Source: Anthoceros angustus
Taxonomy: Eukaryota > Plantae > Anthocerotophyta
Length of the DNA: 64,000 bases
Assembly: GCA_010909165.1 (NCBI GenBank)
Contig: MU008164.1
Coordinates: 1,860,001 to 1,924,000, forward strand
Reading direction: 5' to 3'
In this document: positions 34,331 through 48,749 of the stretch, one piece after another
Layout of the letters: every line of letters begins with the position of its first letter
How positions within the stretch are numbered: position 1 is the first letter of the stretch
Notes under the pieces: model-generated
Told to the model about the DNA's origin: nothing
The model's database searches: none
Seen by the model: the letters and a program-made list of their open reading frames with translations, nothing else
Translations under genes and position numbers: made by a program

Positions 34331-37300
34331 GAAAACGTCCATTCTTCAAACAGAATCAAGAAAAAGAAGCGGTCGAATTGTCTTAGGAGAATGTACCTCC
34401 AACATGCGATGGACACGACTGAGCGGAAGAAGAAAAAGACCTTCACCGGGCCTTAGGTAGAGACAAATTACGGTAGGTGTAAACTTGTACACAAGTGGGG
34501 TGCATCTCAGTTCACTAGCTTGATATATCTGTCTAGAACTAGTGGGGCATCATCGCACCCATAAATCCCAATGTGAATCCAAGTGCAAACGTGTTCGAAT
34601 TCATCACCGTAGCTCCAAATACATTCTACGTGTTGCTGCATCAACTGCATTGGTGTAGCATCGGACTTGTATGCAATTCTATCACATCCGAATGCGTTGG
34701 TGTAGTGGTGTGGTTGGATTCACAATGGCATGTCATGGAATAATTGTCGACGACCAATGGCATCGCCCACACACCCTTATAAACAATTGCCTCCCGTTTT
34801 TGGGATGGACAATGCCGAACTTGCAGCAAAATCTCCGTCCCACCAATTGATCAAGGAGTGTAGTAGCTTGACCGCTCACCTCCACAGACTATATTCGATG
34901 GGGAGGTGAAGAGCAACAGGATGAACTTGCGGTGGAGTCGTGGCCACGAACCATGGTGGGCTCACAAAGGAGTTCAAGACAATTTGCGATGTTGTGGCTT
35001 AAACTCACCGCGATCGTGAAACGAGAACCACTCTTGTGTGAGCACGCATGGGGTCATGGGATTGCTAGTTGAACTTGGAGGGAAAGGAGGCTAATGGAGC
35101 AAGCCTTGGCTTGTCCTCTACACCTCACCTTGTCATGCGTGAGGGGCCGATACATCATTGAGGAGAAAACGCCCATTCTTCAAATGTAATCAAGAAAAAG
35201 AAGCCGGTGTCGAATTGTCTTAGGAGAATGTACCTCCAACATGCAAGTGGACACGACTGAACGGAAGAAGAAAAAGACCTTCACCGACTGTGCCTTAGGT
35301 AGAGACAAATTACGAGGGTGTAAACTTGTACACAAGTGGGTGCATCTCACCACTAGCTTGATATATCTCTAGAACTAGTGGGCAGCATCGCATCGCACAT
35401 AAATCCCAATGTGAATCCAAGTGCAAACGTGTTCGAATTCATCACCGTAGCTCCAAATACATTCTCGCCATCGCTGTCGTGATCAACCTCGCATTGGTGT
35501 AGCATCGGACTTGTATGCAATTCTATCACATCCGTAATGCGTTGGTGTAGTGGTTGGATTCACGCATGTCATGGAATAATTGTCGACGACCAATGGCATC
35601 CGCCTGCCCACCCTTATAAACAATTGCCTCCTGCTTTTGGGATGGACAATGTCGAACTTAAAGCAAAATCTCCGTCCCACCAATTGATCAAGGAGTGTAG
35701 TAGCTTGACCGCCACCTCCAATGACTATATTCGAGCATCGTGAAGGAAGTCTTGTGCGAGAATCAAAAGCAACCACCGTGTCTCGCCGTGCCATCCCCAC
35801 TATCAACCGAAACGAAATAGCGGCTTCCTTGTTGCAGATTGCAAACCACACGGTGACGCATCGCCACTCACGCAGCTTCGTGGCAACTTGCACCCTCGTA
35901 TAGCACAAAGTCATCACGTCAGATGATACCACCACAACTGCCGCTCCGACAAATTGTAGCTCATCCTCAAGATTCCTTGCGCAATTAGATCACTATGGCG
36001 TCTTTTGTGAAGACATGCCTTAATCGAACGAACGAACCTCCTCAAATAATCAAGGAAGAACCTCCCGAGCAAACAAAAAAATATTTGCTAAGGACATTGA
36101 GCATCGTTGTGGAGGCCACGGAGACCCTACTAGAAAAGGCAGCCTATGTTACACTTATGTTAAGATTTGGACCCCGGATGTAACACTTATGTTGCAATTT
36201 TGGGGTCATGTAACACTTTTGGCTTGTTACACTTTGGCTTGGAAACCAAAGGAGTTCAAGACAATTTGCGATGTTGTGGCTTAAACTCACGCGATCGTGA
36301 AACGAGAACCACTCTTGTGTGAGCACGCATGTGGGGTCATGGGATTGCTAGTTGAACTTGGAGGGAAAGGAGGCTAATGGAGCAAGCCTTGGCTTGTCCT
36401 CTACACCTCACCTTGTCATGTGAGGGGCCGATACATCATTGAGGAGAAAACGTCCATTCTTCAAATGTAATCAAGAAAAAGAAGCGGCGGTCGAATTGTC
36501 TTAGGAGAATGTACCTCCAACATGCAAGTGGACACGACTGAACGGAAGAAGAAAAAGACCTTCACCGACTGTGCCTTAGGTAGAGACAAATTACGGTGAG
36601 GTAAACTTGTACACAAGTGGGTGCATCTCACCACTAGCTTGATATATCTCTAGAACTAGTGGGCAGCTACATCGCACCCAACATAAATCCCAATGTGAAT
36701 CCAAGTGCAAACGTGTTCGAATTCATCACCGTAGCTCAAATACATTCTCGCCATGCTCGTATCAACTCGCATTGGTGTAGCTCTTGGACTTGTATGCAAT
36801 TCTATCATCCGAATGCGTTGGTGTAGTGGTTGGATTCACAACAGGCATGTCATGGAATAATTGTCGACGACCAATGGCATCCGCCTGTCCACCCTTATAA
36901 ACAATTGCCTCCTGCTTTTGGGATGGACAATGCGAACTTGCAGCAAAATCTCCGTCCCACCAATTGATCAAGGAGTGTAGTAGCTTGACCGCTCACCTCC
37001 AATGACTATATTCGAGCATGAAGGAAGTCTTGTGCGAATCAAAAGCAACCACCGTGTCTCGCCGTGCCATCCCCACTATCAACCGAAACGAAATAGCAGC
37101 CTTGTTGCATTGCAAACCACAGCGCCGATCCGCCACTCACGCAGGCAACTTGCACAACCCTCAGATAGCACAAAGTCATCACCGTGATGATACCACCACA
37201 ACTGCCGCTCCGACAAATTGTAGCTCATCCCCAAAGATTCCTTGCGCAATTAGATCACCATGTGCCTTTGTGAAGACATGCCTTAATCGAACGAACGAAC

Positions 37301-37515
37301 CTCCTCAAATAATCAAGGAAGAACCTCCCGAGCAAACAAATAAAAAATATTTGCTAAGGACATTGAGCATCGCTAGGAGGCCACGGAGACCCTACTAGAA
37401 AAGGCAGCCTATGTTACACTTATGTTAAGATTTGGACCCCGGATGTAACACTTATGTTGCAATTTTGGGGTCATGTAACACTTTTGGCTTGTTACACTTT
37501 GGCTTGGAAACCAAA
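34060..37515. repeat. Triplicated 3' region of the MULE, including a duplicated CACTA left end at 36125-36250
   Basis: Near-identical blocks start at about 34070, 34910 and 36250. CCCTACTAGAAAAGG with the same AGA flank occurs at both 36125 and 37390. Confidence 0.8.
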
Positions 37516-39599
37516 CCGAGTGTTTGTTGCAACCATGTTGCAAGGGTGTTGCAATTTTGTTGAGATGAAGTGAGAGGCGCTTTTGTCCTCTCTCAAGATT
37601 GCAACACGGTTGTAATATATAAAGTGTTACAAGAAAAGTCTTGTAACACTTTTGGAGGCTTGGTACCGAACCTCCTCCCCATCTACCTTCCTCCTTTACT
37701 ACATTTACCATATGGAATACTTGGTTTCCCTTATTACCTCGTATGAATACATATAAATAAATACATATGCATACATGTTTCGTAGAATCTTGGTATTGGT
37801 GATAAGCCACATACGATAATTTCATGACATACGGTTATATTTCATTTTGTATAAAACACGCTTATATACACTAATAACGCATAAATTGTACACGCCCGTG
37901 ATACTATACTTTGTATTCATCATTCATGAAACTCAGGATACATACATCCCACATTTCACCCCAGGCCTATTTTTGTCTATCCTGTCGCGAACCTACCTTC
38001 TCTAGCGGGCGCATGCGGCTTGTCCCCATGCCCATCGGCTTCTTGCCATGGCTCGCCCACCCTTCTTATCGATTTACTAGTTTGTCCTTCCTATGATTTT
38101 GCTATGCGCCGCGGGGTTCTTTTGGCTCCATACATGGCCCTTCATCATTTCTAATTTCCTACTCCTCATCGTATGCATGAGAAGGAAACCTCCTACAACC
38201 CCTGCTTTGCGATTTTCTTCCTCCCTTCCTCTTCGGCCTCCACCGCACCTCCCCGCTTTCCCTTTCCATCGCATCCATCTCCCTTCCACTCGCACGCACC
38301 CACGGCACATACATCGCAGCATGCCCTTCAGTACATGTCCAGCATACATAGGTGTGCACAACGACCTTTCGAATTGCTTACCTTCCCGACGATCCGGTTT
38401 CTTATGTACCTCTTGCCCAAGACCGCCTCCTTCCTCCTCGCTCTTTCTGTGGCTGCCCGCGCCCGTGACACGGCCCCGCCGATGCCTCCACTGCACCTCC
38501 CCCCGCTTTCCTCTTTCGGCCTCCACCTTTGTCAGTGGCGAGCCTCCAATGGGGCCTCACTGGAGGTCCATGCTTTCGTCGGAGTGCTGTATGTGTCTGC
38601 ACGGTTAGGCACGCCTCAATGTCGCCGCCTCATCATCTGCGCCCTTTGTTGTCTTGCCATCGCATGTACCCCTTTGCCCGCCTCTTTCTCCTCCCTCGAC
38701 AATTCCCTCATGGCGCCACGCGCCTTTTGGCCCCCACCACGACCATGGCTTGCGGACCCGCCTCTCCTCGATCCACCGATCCTCCCACTCCCACCCCTTT
38801 GCCTCTTTCTCCCTCCCTCGACAATTCCCTCATGGCTGCCACGCCTTTTGGCCCCCACCACGACCATGGCTTCTGCTTGCGGACCCGGTCCTCTCCTCGA
38901 TCCGCCACCCGCTCCTCCCACTCGCACCCCGTTTTGTTCGCAGCCCACGCTGGACCCATGCATGTTCCTTGCTGGTGACGACACAATTGCCTCCCGCTGT
39001 CCTACAGAAATCGCATCCGCCCTCCAATTCCATCCCTCATGCCGTTCACGGCCCTGGTCACTCCCTCCGACCCCAACTCCGTCCACAATGTGCAGTTCTG
39101 CGTCACTAGGCGATGACGGGCACCCTCCCAACACACGCCTTTTGGCCCCATCCGCCTCCTCTTGACACACCCTCCTTTCGTTAACTGCCTAGCCACTCGG
39201 TGATTCCAAGTCCTCGCCTTCCTACGGCCATGGCGAACTTGATGGTGACGGCACCCCAATTCAGTCCGCACGTGGCCGCCTCCCTATACATCTCACACTC
39301 TTCATTCACACTATCACCGTGCATGCATGGTCCATCACCATCGGGTGATCGTGGTGTCGTCGGCACCACGATGTCATTGCTCGTGATAGCCTCCCCGCCC
39401 GCACTGTTTCCATCCCACCATCCCACCTTCATGGTTCACCAAGCCCGCCTCCCTTCCATTCACTGATGTCTCCGCCTGATCTCCCCAATGCATCTACTCC
39501 CTCCGTCCTCCTAGTTATCCCTCCACATCCACACCACCACCTCGTCCACCATGCTCGGCTTCTTCCCCGCCTCCCTCCCTTCCATCCTTCGTCTAAATG

Positions 39600-42330
39600 C
39601 CACCGATCCGGATCCATCTCCAATTCCATGTCATTCAACAAAATAGTCATTTCCCTTGTTCTCCGGCAATAGCCTCGAACCTCGGGTGTTTTCATGTATT
39701 CCATGTCTTACCCGCTGTAGGAACTCCGGCACAGAACCGCCCTTATCGCGAACCGCCCACGAGGTTGCATGGAGATCGTCCTCTTGACCTCCATATTCGC
39801 CTCCTTCGTTGGGTACCTACCATGCTTCTTCTCAAACCGAACCACCCATCCAAAGACGCCTCCCTTTCCCCAAGGGTTTGGCCCCATCCCACCGCTTTTG
39901 GCCAGCCTCTTTGCAAGTTCATACTTGATGGCTCAAACTTCCTGCTTTCTCAGCCCATCCGCCTGTGCAAGCATCTTCCCACTCTTCCTCGCCACCATGC
40001 TCGGCTTCTTCCCCGCCTCCTCCCTCCGGTCCCTTCCTCTTTCGGCCTCCACACATCGAGAATTGCGCGCGGCGAGTCATGCGAGAAGTGTCGGCTTATG
40101 CCGGACTTTACCACCGGTCGGGAAGGCGCCGACACCGATTTCACTAACTGCCTTTCCTCTCTAACGTCGCGCCATCTTGCCATCCGCTCATTCACAACCT
40201 TTGTCCGCACTGTTTCCATCGCATCCATCTCCTTCCATCCTTCGTCTAAATGCCACCGATCCGGATCCATCTCCTTCCTCCTCCTTTGTTTTGCAAGGCC
40301 TCTTCACCATTTCACGCCATGCCTTTTATCAAGGCATCACCGGGCATCGTTGTCCACCTCACAAACCACCATCGCATCCATCTCCTTCCACCTCCCCGCA
40401 CGCACCCACGGCACATACATCGCAGCATGCCCTTCAAGACATGTCCAGCATATAGGAGGTGCACAACGACCTTCAATTGCTTACCTTCCCCGCACACATC
40501 CGTTTTCTTATGTACCTCTTGCCCAAGACCGCCTCCTTCCATCCTCGCTCTTTCCACTGGCGCCTGCGCTCGACACGGCCCCGCCGATGCCTCCACCGCA
40601 CCTCCCCGCTTTCCTCTTCGGCCTCCACCTTTGTCACTGGCGAGCCTCCAATGGGGCCCCTGGAGGTCCATGCTTTCGCATCGGAGTGCTGTATGTGTCT
40701 GCACGGGTTAGGCACGCCTCAATGTCGTCCTTCCTCCTCGTCCACCATGCTCGGCTTCTTCCCCGCCTCCCTTCCATCGCATGTACCCCTTTGCCTCTTT
40801 CTCCTCCCTCGACAATTCCTCATGGCGCCACGCCTTTTGGCCCCCACCACGACCATGGCTTGCGGACCCGCCTCTCCTCGATCCGCCACCGCCTCCCACT
40901 CCCACCCCATTTGTTCAGCCCACGCTGACCCATGCATGTTCCTTGGTGACGACACAATTGCCTCCTCCCTCCATTCCTCATCCGCCATTCCATCCTCATG
41001 TCTTCACGGCCCTCGTCACTCCCTCCGACCCCAACTCCGTCCACAATGTGCCCGTCACTAGGGCGACGGCACCTCCCAACACACGCCTTTACCGGCTGCC
41101 CTCTTGACACACCCTCCTTTCGTTAACTGCCTAGCCACTCGGTGATTCCAAGTCCTCGCCTTCCTACGGCCATGGCGAACTTGATGGTGACGGCACCCCA
41201 ATTCAGTCCGCACGTGGCCGCCTCCCTATACATCTCACACTCTTCATTCACACTATCACCGTGCATGCATGGTCCATCACCATCGGGTGATCGTGGTGTC
41301 GTCGGCACCACGATGTCATTGCTCGTGATAGCCTCCCCGCCCGCACTGTTTCCATCCCACCATCCCACCTTCATGGTTCACCAAGCCCGCCTCCCTCCCT
41401 TCCATCGCATGTACCCCTTTGCCTCTTTCTCCCCTCTCCCCAATGCATTCTACTCCCTCCGTCCTCCTAGTTATCCCTCCACATCCACACCACCACCTCC
41501 CAAATTCAGCCTCCTCCCTTCCATCCTTCGTCTAAATGCCACGATCCGGATCCATCTCCAATTCCATGTCATTCAACAAAATAGTCATCTCCCTTGTTCT
41601 CTCGGCAATAGCCTCGAACCTCGGGTGTTTTCATGTATTCCATGTCTTACCTCAGATGAACTCCGCAGAACCGCCCTTATCGCGAACCGCCCAGAGGTTG
41701 CATGGAGATCGTCCTCTTGACCTCCATATTCGCCTCCTCTTGGTTGGGTACCTACCATGCTTCTTCTCAAACCGAACCACCCATCCAGACGCCCCTTTCC
41801 CCAAGGGTTTGGCCCCATCCCACCGCTTTTGGCCAGCCTCTTTGCAAGTTCATACTTGATGGCTCAAACTTCCTGCTTTCTCAGCCCATCCGCCTGTGCA
41901 AGCATCTTCCCACTCTTCCTCGTCCACCATGCTCGGCTTCTTCCCCGCCTCCTCCCCTCCCTCCGGTCCCTTTCCTCTAATGCCGCTTTTGGCCACACAT
42001 CGAGAATTGCGCGCGGCGAGTCATGCGAGAAGTGTCGGCTTATGCCGGACTTTACCACCGGTCGGGAAGGCGCCGACACCGATTTCACTAACTGCCTTTC
42101 CTCTCTAACGCCGCGCCATCTTGCCATGTACCCGCTCATTCACAACCTTTGTCCGCCTCGAAAGTCCGCCGACCTTCCTTGCAGACGAACAACATCGGAT
42201 TCCCTTCCCTCCTCCTTTGTTTTGCAAGGCCTCTTCACCATTTCACGCCATGCCTTTTATCAAGGCACCAGGCATCGTTGTCCACCTCACAAACCACTCC
42301 ATCAAGATCCACCGGCACACCGCCTCCCGC
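39600..42330 (-). pseudogene. TnpA/Transposase_24-like ORF relic (duplicated)
   Basis: Minus-strand charged helical sequence AIKYELAKRLAKSGGMGPNPWGKGGVFGWVVRFEKKHGRYPTKEA. It resembles the NPFGPMG...ERRY motif at 55.7 kb and lies downstream of TnpD on the same strand. Present twice (39.5-40.35 and 41.4-42.3 kb). Confidence 0.4.
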
Positions 42331-43249
42331 TTGTCAATTCACCTCCCCGAATTGTCGCCGCCATTCCTCATCCGAGCCTGTGCAAGGCATTGGCTTGCCC
42401 TCTCATCCTCCCCACCCACACGGGTTGCCGCCCGCCCACGCCTTTCGCTTGCCTCAGCCACCACCTCCCGTGTTGCCATGGGCTGCCTCCATATGTCCTC
42501 CCGCATGAACAAATGCCAAGATGCCAAGGTGCACCGCAACGTCCGCGAAACAAATTGCATCAACGTGTACATGGCGAACACGCTCGCTCAATCTAGTCTC
42601 GAACCACCACCTCATTTGACAAAGAAAGCATCATCATCCACTTGAATCACGGACAATGCTCCAAGTCCGCCTCCGGGGGATGTTCCACGCCCCATGTCCT
42701 CAACCGCCATTGGTACCGCCGCCATTTTCCACTCTCCCCACAACTCGATGTCCCTTTGTGGGACGAGGTGGCTTCTGCGGCAGTGATCGGAGTGGCTAGG
42801 TGCCTGGGGTGGATGACCGAGATAGCCCGATCCGAGCTTGCCCTCTCATCCTCCCCACGCACCTACGGTTTGGCGTCGGCGACGCCCGCCGGCTGGTGTT
42901 TTAGCGCCAGATACGGCGTCTCCAAACTCGGTGGTCTTCACGACGCCCCATTGCCCCGCTCGGGCACCATCGTCCCATGCCGAAGGCATTGGCTTGCCCC
43001 CTTCCTGCAGGTTGCCAAGCCAATGGTCGCCCCTGGCAGAATTCAAAGCTCGTCATAGGAAAAGGCTTTGTTGGCAAAGTAGGCGGCCGTCTGTCATTTA
43101 TTGTTTCCGCCGGAGATCAACGTCCTCACTATGCACTTCCTGCTTCACCGTAATCACAGACGTTTTATATTCTGACAGCATGTAGTATATTGCCCAGATT
43201 GGGCGCAGGTCTGGAAGCGCACATCAATGCTTGATGCCGATAATCATCG

Positions 43250-46200
43250 TCTTCATCTGAATACTGCCACTAAAGACAACGTTGTTTTGCGCAGACGCTG
43301 GTTACTTTGCTCACTTCCAAAGGTGCCCCTCCATCGACGCCCTAGGCCACCGCCACGCTGGCCACATGCCTCTCTCCCCGCCTCATCCCTCCATCCCCGT
43401 GGGTGGGCGATGGCCCAGCCTATGTTATCATCCATCGTCTCCGGATGCAGCATGCACTGAGTCACCTGCGAGGGCCACACAAACGGACCATCGATTGAGC
43501 GCACTCTGTAGATGCAAACTTTCCCCGTGTTTACAATGTCAAATCCGGTGTACAACTTTCGCAGCGATGGCCTTGTCCCTCCTGGCTGACACTCGTGCCA
43601 TCGAACCTTCAACAGAATTGGTTGATACTCCTGCGAGAACCGCAGGCGGAGTATTTGCTCTATATGCACGTAGAACGGGCGCTCCTCTTCAATGTGGCCG
43701 CCACCGCCCCATATGATAAACTATGAAACTTGACTATCCTTTGTACTCCGCGACGCTTGTCCGCCCATCGCTCGAGGTGGCGCCTTTGTTCCACATGTGA
43801 CTATGTGCCACCGCTGCAACGCAGCCATCCATGATTGCGGTCACTTCATGGGTCATGCAAGGATGCCCATCCCATGCTCATAGCCCTTCTTCCGTGGATC
43901 CGCCTCGAAAGTCCGCCGACCTTCCTTGCACCGTATGTCCTCACTTCTTCCTCAGACATGTCCAAACGGCCGCATCACCTCCGTGTGATATAGCACATAT
44001 GTATGCGCTCGCGCCCACCATCCATCGTCTCCGGATGCGATGCATCGATTCACCGCGACGGCCACACAAGCGGACCATCGATTGAGCGCACCACACAAAC
44101 TTTCCCGTGTTTACAATATCCGTCCGTGTCGACTTTCGTGATGGCCTTGTCCCTCTGGACACTCGTACCATCTAACCTTCAACATTGGTTGATACTCCTG
44201 CGAGAACCGCGGAGTATTTGCTCTATGTGCCCGTAGAACGGGCGCTCCTCTTCAGCGTGGCCGCCAGCCCCTGTCCCAGTCATGATAAACTTTGCGGACA
44301 CCGCACTATCCTTTGTACTCCGGCGACGTTTGTCTGCCTCCACTGTTCTGAGGTGGCTGCCTTTGTTCCACATGTGACTATGTGCCACTGCTTGCAACGC
44401 AGGGCCATCCATGATTGCGGTCACTTCATGGGTCATGCAAGGATGCCCATCCCATGCGTTCATAGCCCTTCTTCCGTGGATCCGCCTCGAAAGTCCGCCG
44501 ACCTTCCTTGCACCGTATGTCCTAACTTCTTCCTCGTACATGTCCAGAACGGTGCATCACCTCCGTGTAGCACATATGTATGCTGCGCCTCCACGGCATC
44601 CATAATGTACGACGGCCGACACCCAAAGACCTTCTCCCCATCCGCTCGCTCATCCCATGCTTCTCCCACGTGAGCGTAATAGCGGCGGAGAAATGTCATG
44701 CCGAAATGCAAACTCTCCTCACGCATGTACCCCACCGCTATCGACTCGGGTCTCGGCCGTCGACCGCTTCTCGATCCTAAATATCTCTCCACCGGTACAT
44801 CCACCTAGTGTGAATCGGGCTAAAGCGCCACCTCGTCCACTAAGTGCAGTATGAGGTGGGTTGAGATATCAAACATCTTAGGGGGAAATTGCTTTTCCAG
44901 AGAGCACATTACCCTCACAGCCTCTTCGCGCTGTGCTTGGATGTCCCGACCCGGTATCGTCCGCTGGCAAATCCACCTGTAAAGGCGTCCTAGCTTTACA
45001 ACCGCCTTGTACACCTCTGGCTCTATGCACCCCCGGAGGACGATGGGGAATATGATTTCCAACATAATGTGCCAGTCATGGCACTTCAGGCTGCCAACTT
45101 TCCCGCTTTCCACCTTAGCGCTATGTTGGACCCATAGCTGGGCGCTTGATGCGCTTAATGCCCTCAATCACGGCCTTCAAGTCCGATTTGGACAAAACGA
45201 CGGCTATGGTATTGGCCATCACACCATGTGCCACAACCATCTTTTCCTCCGCTTGCTTCCATGTCCATGCGCGCGATGTCATCTCGCCTCCCGGTGCCAT
45301 ATGGCCTCGCATTGTTTTTTCCACGTGCATCACATCCTTTGGCGCCCACACAAGCATGTGACGCCAATGGCGGTGATCAACAAGGACGACATTCGCCTGT
45401 TCCAAAGTTGCTCACCGACGGACGTCTGCAGTGTCGCAGCTTCGTGCCATATCCGCTACAATATCATCGAACGTTGGCGGCTTTGGATCGAGGTCCGCCA
45501 CCATCAAACCAATCGCATCCTCCCACCGCCCATGTCATTAGCGGTAGCCACCGACGCGATCCGACATAAACGGGCTTTTCAAATCTCGAATAGCGAGAAT
45601 CAAGGTCCACCAAGAATCGACACACGCCGCTCCTCTTCAATGTGGCCGCCGCCCGTCGATCATGATAAACTTGGACACCGCACTATCCTTTGTACTCCGG
45701 CGGCGTTTGTCGCCTCCGCTCGAGGTGGCGCCTTTGTTCCACATGTGGCTGCCATGCCGCTTGCAACGCAGCCATCCATGATTGCGGTCACTTCATGGGT
45801 CATGCAAGGATGCCCATCCCATGCGTTCATAGCCCTTCTTCCATATATCCTCGAAAGTCCGACCATCCTTGCACCGTTTGTCCTAACTTCTTCCTCGACA
45901 TGTCCAAGAGCATCACCTCCGTGTGATATAGCACATATGTATGCTGGCGTGCCTCCACGGCATCCATAATGTACGCACGGCCGACACCAGCACCTTCTCC
46001 CCATCCGCTCGTTCATCTGTCCATGCTTCTCCCACGTGAGCGTAATAGCGGCGGAGAAATGTCATGCCGAAATGCAAACTCTCCTCACGCATGTACCCCA
46101 CCGCTATCTGGACTCGGGTCTCGCATGTCGCCTTATCCGCTTCCTGGATCCTAAATATCTCTCCACGGGTACATCCACCTAGTGTGAATCGGGGCCCAAA

Positions 46201-48330
46201 GCGCCACCTCGTCCACTAAGTGTAATATGAGGTGGGTTGATATATCAAACATCTTAGGGAAATTGCTTCTCGAGCACATTACCCTCACTTGCCTCTTGTG
46301 TGCTTGGATGTCCCGACTCGGTATCGTCATTGGCAAATCCACGTAAAGGCGTCCTAGCTTTACAACCGCCTTGTACACCTCGGCTCTATGCACCCCGGCG
46401 ATGGGGAATATGATTTCCAACATAATGTGCATCATGGCATTTCAACTTTCCCGCTTTCCACCTTAGCTATGTTGGACCCATAGCACTGGGCGACGCTTAA
46501 TGCCCTCAATCACGGTCTTCAAGTCGATTTGGACAAAGCGTGGCGCTGCGGGTCCATTCCTGAGCCACAACCATCTTTTCCCTCCGCTTGCTTGTCCATG
46601 CGCGATATGTCATCTCGCTCTCCGTCGGCGTGTGCCATATGGCCTCTGCATTGTTTTTTCCACGTGCATCACATCCTTTGGCGCCCACACAAGCATGTGA
46701 CGCCAATATGGCGAGACTACGAACAAGGGCGACATTCTCCGGTTCCAAAGTTGCCCGGCGACGTCTGCGGTGTCGCGGCTTCTGCGTGCCATATCACAAT
46801 ATCATCGAGCGTTGGCGGCCTCGGTTTGGATCGAGGTCCGCCACCCATCAAACCAATCGCATCCTCCCACCGTCATTAGGTAGCCACCGACGCGATCCGA
46901 CATAAACGGGCTTTTCAAATCTGGAATAGCGAGAATCAAGGTCCACCGACAATCGACACACGCTTCCTCTCACTTGCAATCCGGTGGTCCCCAACCCCGG
47001 TAATCGGCAATGATAATCTACAGAATTGAAATGCCTCGAGGATGGTTTATCGGCATTGAGAAATCTTCCATGTCCACCCCTCCATAACTCTTCGAGTTCA
47101 TCTACCGGTGCCATGTAGACATCGAAATTTTAACCATCCCCGCCCGCACAATCGAGGCATGATGACATGCGTCCTTTGTGCCGCCTGTGGTGGCATGTTG
47201 TGCACAAATACCAAAACCGCCATATGGACGTGTTTGCGACTGGCCAAACGGTTGAACCTGTGGATAATGCTAACCTCAAGTTCCTGCTCATCGCCGAAAC
47301 CATCAATCGCATCTAGTGCCTCCATGCCGGTATCCGCCATCATGGACATGTCCCCATTCTCGCTTTGCCTCCCGACATACCAAGTCATCAATCGAGCTAT
47401 TTCCGCCATTCAAACATGCGTTACCGGTTTCAAGGGAAAATGCCGAGGACCTTCCGAGGAATCCCGGCTCATCAAACCCATCCTCGAACCGGTGTCCCAC
47501 ACTTTGGGCAATGGTTGCGCCCGTCCGCCCGAATGTAACGCAATTTTCTCACAAGCATGGATTTTCTCATATCCGGGGCCAAATAGGTGCAGGACTTGGC
47601 CTCGCATATGTCCTTCTAGCTCGCTCGAATCGGCAAAAATCCACACTTAAGAGCTTTAAGAGGGTCAATACGCCACCGATGTCATACATGGTTTGCCAGA
47701 GCAACAATAGAGTGGCGCTTAGCCGCTCTCTTCGCTTTTAGTCCTTCCTCAAAGTGGTATCCTCACGGCACCGACAAGCGTTTCTCGTTCCTCGCCGAGG
47801 GCATGATCCGCTGTTTCTAGCAAGTCGTCTGTGGAGTGCGTCGTCTTCACAACCCGTTCCGTCCTCTATCTGTCATCCTCGAGCCGCCACTTTGGTCGGT
47901 CCCATTGCCATCGCTGCTCCCTTTCACCCACCGAGCTCGATTCCGTCTGCGAAACGCCTCAAGGCCACCGCCATCGTCCATGACCGAACTTGCCGCCACG
48001 CGAAAACCGACATTAGTGCAAATTATGGAAGTGGAATGTTGGTGCGGAAAGGCAGACCTTACCGCCCGGCCGTGAGTACCGCCGCATAAGGTCCTTGAGA
48101 TGTGCTGAATCACGGAGGTCTCCACACACCGACGGCATGGACAATACATGTAAACCTCATTTGCAAATCGGGCATCGTGCCGCCCACTGTCGCGGCGGAA
48201 AGTAGGAATCAGCGACATGATGGGAGAGCGACGCCACCGCCACCGCAGCCTCCACCGTTATTTCATCACCCATTCGCAACGAGCACTTGTGAAAGCCTAC
48301 ATGTATGTGCAGGCATCATGGCCGCTGGCG
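43250..48330 (-). pseudogene. CACTA TnpD transposase (Transpos_assoc, Transposase_21, DUF4218, DUF4216), frameshifted and internally duplicated
   Basis: MYCPCRRC (~48150), YEKIHAC, NLRLALSTDGF-like, VDELEELW, KPVYVGSRRWLP, LKCHDWHIMLEIIFP, FPPKMFDISTHLILHLVDEVAL..P..TRWMYP, SIAVGYMREESLHF, and LKVRW...GFDIVNT...PFVWPSQVTQC. Confidence 0.92.
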
Positions 48331-48749
48331 CAGACGCGTAACCTCCAAACGACTCCCCTCCAAGACATTAGCGCGACGGCGAGTGGTCGATGGCACGGAG
48401 AGGCGGTACGGTGCGAAGTTCATCCCGGTGAGAGCGCGGAGGCAACCTTGGTGTGATGTGCACGGCCTACACAAACTCTCCTCGCGTAGAACTGATCGAC
48501 AGCGACGCGGATAGGTGACGGCGGCTATTGAAAGGGAGGACATGTGCACGACATAGCGGTTAGCAAGCCGGCAACGACCGACGCTAAGCGTGCAATTGTG
48601 AATGCGTGTTGTGTGCTAAAACAAACGGGTCAACTTCTTCAAAGATTGACAATGGCAATTGGCGTGAACTGCTTGAATTGAAAGGCAATCTAAGATTGTC
48701 AGGACGACGCGGCCGCTGCCTTGGTGTAGTCCACCTCCTTGATTTGCAC

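Noticed and set aside
38000-47800. Numerous plus-strand ORFs of 100-440 aa (e.g. 38173-39165, 39597-40928, 45007-45969)
   Set aside because: GC-rich or antisense shadows of the CACTA minus-strand ORFs, with low-complexity P/S/L composition and no domain motifs.
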